Shown here piece after piece: positions 28,444-32,000 of a DNA stretch of 32,000 bases. Location of the stretch: positions 13,083 to 45,082 of the forward strand of contig CAKOLT010000006.1 of the NCBI GenBank assembly GCA_934096315.1. The letters run 5' to 3'. Each line of letters opens with the position of its first letter. Position 1 is the stretch's first letter. Under the pieces are notes generated by a model that was not told the origin of the DNA, did not search any database, and worked only from the letters and a program-made list of their open reading frames with translations. Both the position numbers and the translations under genes were made by a program. The DNA comes from an uncultured Bacilli bacterium (GTDB lineage Bacteria; Bacillota_I; Bacilli_A; RF39; UBA660).

Positions 28444-28873
28444 GAATAATCACGTCTTCGATAACAGTTAATATTTTCTTTAGAGTCTCTTCACTTTCAA
28501 TATTGTAAATTTTATTTACAATATTGTCTACTCTTTCTTTATTTTCCATTTGTATTAGTGCCTTTTTTAATATCTTGTAATAATTATTTAAATTCTTAAA
28601 GTTTACGGTTACTGGTTCGTGGTCTCTATATAGTATGGAATAGTTTATTTTGTGTTTTTCTAAGGCGTTTACTACTTTATTTAGTGATGTTTCAGGAAAG
28701 CCCACGGTGCCAGTGAAACTTATTTTATACCCAAAGAGATAGTTTAATATTTTACTATCATCATTATACGAACTGAAAAAGGCACCATTTTTATAGACAC
28801 GCAAAACCCCCTTATTATTCTCTCTCTGTTCGCTCGCTCTCTCTGTTCGCTCGCTCTCTCTGAGAGCGTCCAA
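28436..28873 (-). CDS. MutS domain-I-like small accessory protein
   Basis: VLRVYKNGAFFSSYNDDSKILNYLFGYKISFTG..TVGFPETSLNKVVNALEKHKINYSIL parallels the MutS N-terminal mismatch-binding domain ([32 protein letters not shown]...[25 protein letters not shown]). The track start is a TTG and the N-terminus is uncertain. Confidence 0.55.
   Translation of the reverse strand: MDALRESERTERASEQRENNKGVLRVYKNGAFFSSYNDDSKILNYLFGYKISFTGTVGFPETSLNKVVNALEKHKINYSILYRDHEPVTVNFKNLNNYYKILKKALIQMENKERVDNIVNKIYNIESEETLKKILTVIEDVIIHG
28822..28868. repeat. GC-rich 17-bp tandem repeat (2.4 copies) ending in a 7-bp palindrome
   Basis: CTCTCTGTTCGCTCGCT at 28822-28838 and 28839-28855, then CTCTCTG. CGCTCTC (28852-28858) pairs with GAGAGCG (28862-28868) around a 3-nt loop. 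Confidence 0.8.
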
Positions 28874-28959
28874 TATCTTTTTCTTCTTTCATTTTTAATC
28901 ATTCCTTTCTTGGTCAAGGAAGAGTAAACCCTTCCCTGCCCATTTATTTTTTATATTAT

Positions 28960-31416
28960 TTATTCTATTACATATGGGTCATCAATTGTTCCGTCTCCCC
29001 CGAGTATTGAGACTGTAGATTTTAGATATAAGGTAGGGCGGGCGGCATAAGGAGGGTTCGTGGCATAGTCATTCACGTAGCCACTACTGACGTGCCACAC
29101 GCGAATCGAGGCAGAAGCATAAGGTGTTATTGTCCACTCATATCCTTTATATAACCAATTATTATTTCCAAAGTAATGTGCACTTTGAGTTGTTGTATCA
29201 GAACTTGAGTAATAACCACTTGCGTATAGGTAATCACTTAAGTACATTAGACCTACTGGAGCGTCTGTTGTAGGACTGTAAGAACCTGATTTTGCAGAGG
29301 TACAAGAGTTTCCTCCTCTTTCACATAAGTACCAGTTTTGTTTACTCTGGTCTGTACCACTACCGTATAGGTACCACGTTACTGTTTCTATATAACTTCT
29401 TAGGTTATCTGCTATTCCATAGCCTACTATAGGAGTGCAGTTATTAGTCCTATAATTAGTATTACTACTATAGTATGTCCAAGTACTACAATTACCATAT
29501 GTATCTGATGTATCCTTTTTATTATAAAAATATTCATTAAGTAAGATATTAAGGTTTCCTCCTACCCAATTATTGTTATAACTAGAGTAAGTACCACTAG
29601 TATTTGAGGAGTTATGATTACCCCATGAATATCCTCCAAGAGGATTAGCCATTATTAACTTAACTAAATAACCATCTTTACCATGAGAATTAGAGTCAAA
29701 GACTCCTATTATTTGATACATATCATTATTAAACCAGACATAGTTTTTAGGTTCTGCTCCTATATATCTATATTCATGGTATTTCACTGTACCATCAGTA
29801 TCAGTATACTTATTAGTAGCATATAATCCTTCTGCCCCTGACTCCCATGTATCTCCTTGATTTAACTTAATAATCTTACTTACGGCATTTTCTTTAATAG
29901 ATACTTTCTTATAATATTTATATCTATTACCATTATTGTCTTCTAAAACATATATAGCATTAACAGAACCATTAATACTCTCTGATGTAGCTGGTTTAAC
30001 TAATACTATCTTACAACCTGTTCCATTGTCTTTACAAGTAACTAGGTCTTTTAAGGCTACTATTGGTTCTTTTTCTATACCTACACTACTTGTATCTATA
30101 CTTGGAACAGTAGATGATAATGTTGTAGAAGTTATCCTTGCATAACCATTACCAGAGTGTCCTGTTTCACTTGTTCCTGATGTACCTGTAAAGGAAGTAT
30201 TTCCTCCCACTGTAGCGGCATCTGTTAAGTAATAACTACTAGTTAATTTAACACCTGATGGATAGTTTGAGGCTGTACTAGAAGTATATACATATCCAGA
30301 ACCTCCTCCACCGGCATAGTTTTCGGAAGACCCTCCAGTACCACCGTACCATCCACTTCCACCACCACCACATTCTCCACTAGAATATGTAGCATTTCCA
30401 CCACTACCAAAACTAGAACCAGATGTTGATGTTCCTCCAGACATACTTCCAGCTCCTCCAGAGGTACCTCCTCCATAGCCACCATTAGCATCATCAGAAC
30501 CTCCGCCTCCGCCTCCAGCGACTATTACTCTGGAATAGAGATTATCTTCAGATATTCTAATATCAGAGGCTCCTCCGCCTCCACCACCATTGTGACTTGT
30601 ACCATTCCAAGCAACTCCAGAACCTCCGCCATTAAATCCTCCAGCAAGGGTTGCTTCCGAACTAAAAGAACCATCATCGTTTGTTCCTTGACCCCCTACA
30701 TAGATAAATATATTAGTATCTTTTGTTAGTGTAAGTGTTCCATAACTATAACCACCCATTCCCCCCGGATGTGATGATGAACCTCCACCTTGAGCACCCC
30801 ATACTTCTAATTTATGGGTACCACTTTTAAGTGTAGCTGTTTGCACTGCTCCAGTATAATTATAATCAGTAGTAGTTGTTTTTGTCTCTGTCCCACCTTC
30901 AGGTACATTTCCTGTATTAAATGTCTCTGTAACAATATATTTACCTTGTTCTAACCCTAACTCATTAGAGTCTGCTCCTGCTACTCCAATATTTATGGTT
31001 ATTTCACTACTGGTATTATTTATTATTAATAATTCTACTGGTAATTTCTCGTCATTATTAATAGTACCTACTGTAGGGTTAGTACTCCAGTCTATTTTAT
31101 AAATTCCTATATCATCACTTTTAGTACTAGGATTAACCATTTCATAAAATACTCCGTAGTAAATACTTTTACCAGTATCATTGGATACATTAACTATTAC
31201 TGATCTATTGTTTCCTGCGGATACTTTAACTTGTTTATATTCAAACACCTTTAGGGTTGTTTGTATATCACTTGCACTCTTCATGGTTATTATATCTTTA
31301 GTGGTAGTCTTCTCTAAGGAGAAGAGTGCAAATGATGAGTACATACATAGGGATAGTATCCCTATGATTATTATTAGTAATAAATAGTTTTCTTTTATCA
31401 TATATCTATCTTTCAT
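28960..31416 (-). CDS. DGR variable protein 1 (anchor + beta module + ALK/LTK-type glycine-rich domain + lectin-like domain with VR2)
   Basis: 818 aa. GGAGG lies 6 nt before the ATG. N-terminal TM helix LLLIIIIGILSLCMY. Residues about 184-430 are glycine-rich (LEVWGAQGGG, IFIYVGGQG, GGGGGGASDIRI, RVIVAGGGGGG). The C-terminal 300 aa are paralogous to 25549..26568. VR2 encodes ASASIRVWHVSSGYVNDYATNPPYAARP. Confidence 0.85.
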   Translation of the reverse strand: MKDRYMIKENYLLLIIIIGILSLCMYSSFALFSLEKTTTKDIITMKSASDIQTTLKVFEYKQVKVSAGNNRSVIVNVSNDTGKSIYYGVFYEMVNPSTKSDDIGIYKIDWSTNPTVGTINNDEKLPVELLIINNTSSEITINIGVAGADSNELGLEQGKYIVTETFNTGNVPEGGTETKTTTTDYNYTGAVQTATLKSGTHKLEVWGAQGGGSSSHPGGMGGYSYGTLTLTKDTNIFIYVGGQGTNDDGSFSSEATLAGGFNGGGSGVAWNGTSHNGGGGGGASDIRISEDNLYSRVIVAGGGGGGSDDANGGYGGGTSGGAGSMSGGTSTSGSSFGSGGNATYSSGECGGGGSGWYGGTGGSSENYAGGGGSGYVYTSSTASNYPSGVKLTSSYYLTDAATVGGNTSFTGTSGTSETGHSGNGYARITSTTLSSTVPSIDTSSVGIEKEPIVALKDLVTCKDNGTGCKIVLVKPATSESINGSVNAIYVLEDNNGNRYKYYKKVSIKENAVSKIIKLNQGDTWESGAEGLYATNKYTDTDGTVKYHEYRYIGAEPKNYVWFNNDMYQIIGVFDSNSHGKDGYLVKLIMANPLGGYSWGNHNSSNTSGTYSSYNNNWVGGNLNILLNEYFYNKKDTSDTYGNCSTWTYYSSNTNYRTNNCTPIVGYGIADNLRSYIETVTWYLYGSGTDQSKQNWYLCERGGNSCTSAKSGSYSPTTDAPVGLMYLSDYLYASGYYSSSDTTTQSAHYFGNNNWLYKGYEWTITPYASASIRVWHVSSGYVNDYATNPPYAARPTLYLKSTVSILGGDGTIDDPYVIE
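29036..29118 (-). repeat. DGR variable repeat VR2
   Basis: Gap-free 83-nt alignment to the TR. 15 differences fall at TR adenines, plus the same 3 non-adenine differences seen in VR1. Confidence 0.9.
29119..29499 (-). repeat. 381-bp segment identical to 25723..26103 (copy B)
   Basis: Same as copy A; constant offset of 3396 nt. Confidence 0.85.
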
Positions 31417-31443
31417 CTAATTACCTCCGTAGTATCTATAATA

Positions 31444-31472
31444 ATTATAGCATATGAAATAATAAAACACAA
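31444..31472 (-). promoter_or_regulatory. candidate sigma-A promoter of DGR target 1
   Basis: - strand TTGTGT (31467-31472), 17-nt spacer, TATAAT (31444-31449), then GGAGG (31424-31428) and the ATG at 31416. The -35 element lies inside the upstream terminator arm. Confidence 0.4.
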
Positions 31473-31504
31473 GAAAATTGAAAATATTTTTCTTGTGTTT
31501 TATT
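31461..31504. terminator. strong hairpin terminator (17-bp stem)
   Basis: AATAAAACACAAGAAAA (31461-31477) pairs perfectly with TTTTCTTGTGTTTTATT (31488-31504). T/A-runs on both sides insulate the DGR from the upstream gene. Confidence 0.7.
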
Positions 31505-31611
31505 ATTTAGTAATTATCTATAATACCTACTGAGGTAAAATATTGTAAATGTTATACTAAGTATTAACTATTATATCTATGGTTATACCATGTATAGTAT
31601 AAATTAAAATT

Positions 31612-31636
31612 AGACCCATATAATATATATGGATCT
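31612..31636 (-). terminator. putative terminator after the Rpn-tail-like gene
   Basis: 11-bp stem (AGATCCATATA / TATATGGGTCT on the - strand, one G-U pair), 3-nt loop, followed by AATTTTAATTT. Confidence 0.45.
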
Positions 31637-31673
31637 ATGTAGAGATAAATTTTATTTTAATTAATAAGTTTTA

Positions 31674-31967
31674 CTATTTTATGTTATTTATTTCTGCTAC
31701 TGTATGACCTGTAATTTTAGATATTATTTTTTCGTCTAGTCCTTCTTTTAGCATAGCTTTTATTGTTTTTACTGCCTCAGCTTGTTTTCCTTTTTCTATT
31801 CCTTGTTCTATACCTTGTTCTATTCCTTGTTCTATACCTTCCCTAAGTCCTTTTTTTCTTGCTTCCTCGGCAAAGTATTCTCTTTCCTCTCTAGCTAGTT
31901 TCTCTTGGTCATAGGGATTTATACAAACATTACTATTTTTATATTCCTCAAAGTAATCACTAAACAT
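31674..31967 (-). CDS. small protein resembling the C-terminal tail of Rpn/YhgA-like (PD-(D/E)XK transposase-like) proteins
   Basis: 97 aa. Strong RBS AAGGAGG 6 nt before the ATG. REGIEQGIEQGIEQGIEKGK...AVKTIKAMLKEGLDEKIISKITGHTVAEINNI is the repeat plus helix-turn-helix-like tail typical of Rpn-family C-termini. The nuclease domain is absent. Confidence 0.55.
   Translation of the reverse strand: MFSDYFEEYKNSNVCINPYDQEKLAREEREYFAEEARKKGLREGIEQGIEQGIEQGIEKGKQAEAVKTIKAMLKEGLDEKIISKITGHTVAEINNIK
31789..31848. repeat. 12-bp in-frame tandem repeat (GIEQ units)
   Basis: CCTTGTTCTAT(A/T) three times at 31801-31836, flanked by degenerate copies. Encodes (E/K)QGI repeats. Confidence 0.8.
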
Positions 31968-32000
31968 TTTAACCTCCTTATCATATCTTCCATCCTCTGT

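Larger units (their letters stand above)
25549..31416 (-). mobile_element. diversity-generating retroelement (DGR) locus: target1(VR2) - MutS-like - avd - RT - TR - orf94 - target2(VR1)
   Basis: One 83-bp TR and two collinear VRs with adenine-specific mismatches. There is an RT with a YMDD motif, an Avd-like four-helix protein, and GC-rich IMH-like VR ends. See the individual features. Confidence 0.85.

Noticed and set aside
28822-28868. A CRISPR array or second template repeat
   Set aside because: The 17-bp units are directly adjacent with no spacers, there are only 2.4 copies, and they show no similarity to the VRs. The same reasoning applies to the 12-bp coding repeat at 31789..31848.
29936-30494. 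ORFs 29936..30145 (+) and 30243..30494 (-) inside DGR target 1
   Set aside because: They are alternative-frame or antisense readings of the glycine-rich GGN-repeat coding region. The Val/Glu/Leu-rich repetitive translation is a frame artefact.
1-32000. Alternative genetic code (Mollicutes-like code 4), considered because of the very low GC content
   Set aside because: TGA terminates several well-delimited genes (e.g. the MutS-like ORF and the ATGA overlaps at 2467-2470 and 26565-26568), and long ORFs are intact under the standard code.

Overview
AT-rich (by eye roughly 25-30% GC) Bacillota-like chromosomal segment using the standard genetic code (TGA is used as a stop). After the first gene (+ strand arginase, cut by the window edge), every credible gene is on the - strand. 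Bases 1-20,700 are mainly housekeeping genes: GT4 glycosyltransferase, folD, an acyl-CoA synthetase with an E2-like acyltransferase, an M48/DUF45 peptidase, GH31, trmK-rpoD-dnaG in Bacillus-like order, queA, dgkA-ybeY, a VanZ-like protein, an HAD nucleotidase and tsaC/sua5. Bases 20,800-25,500 hold a DUF11-like protein, an unknown 283-aa protein, a TGS-uridine-kinase fusion and an orphan HerA-like ATPase. The main result is a diversity-generating retroelement (DGR) at about 25,549-31,416. An 83-bp template repeat (TR, 27003-27085) matches two variable repeats (VR1 25640-25722, VR2 29036-29118) at the 3' ends of two paralogous secreted or anchored proteins. The TR/VR mismatches fall almost only on TR adenines, and the TR is rich in AAY codons. 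The accessory operon is MutS-domain-I-like protein, Avd-like protein, reverse transcriptase. The TR lies downstream of the RT, which is not the canonical layout. The RT reading frame is split and seems to lack its N-terminal finger motifs. The larger target carries an ALK/LTK-type glycine-rich domain. A third paralog without any VR sits at 15404-17302. All + strand track ORFs other than the arginase look like antisense shadows. No rRNA, tRNA or CRISPR array was seen.
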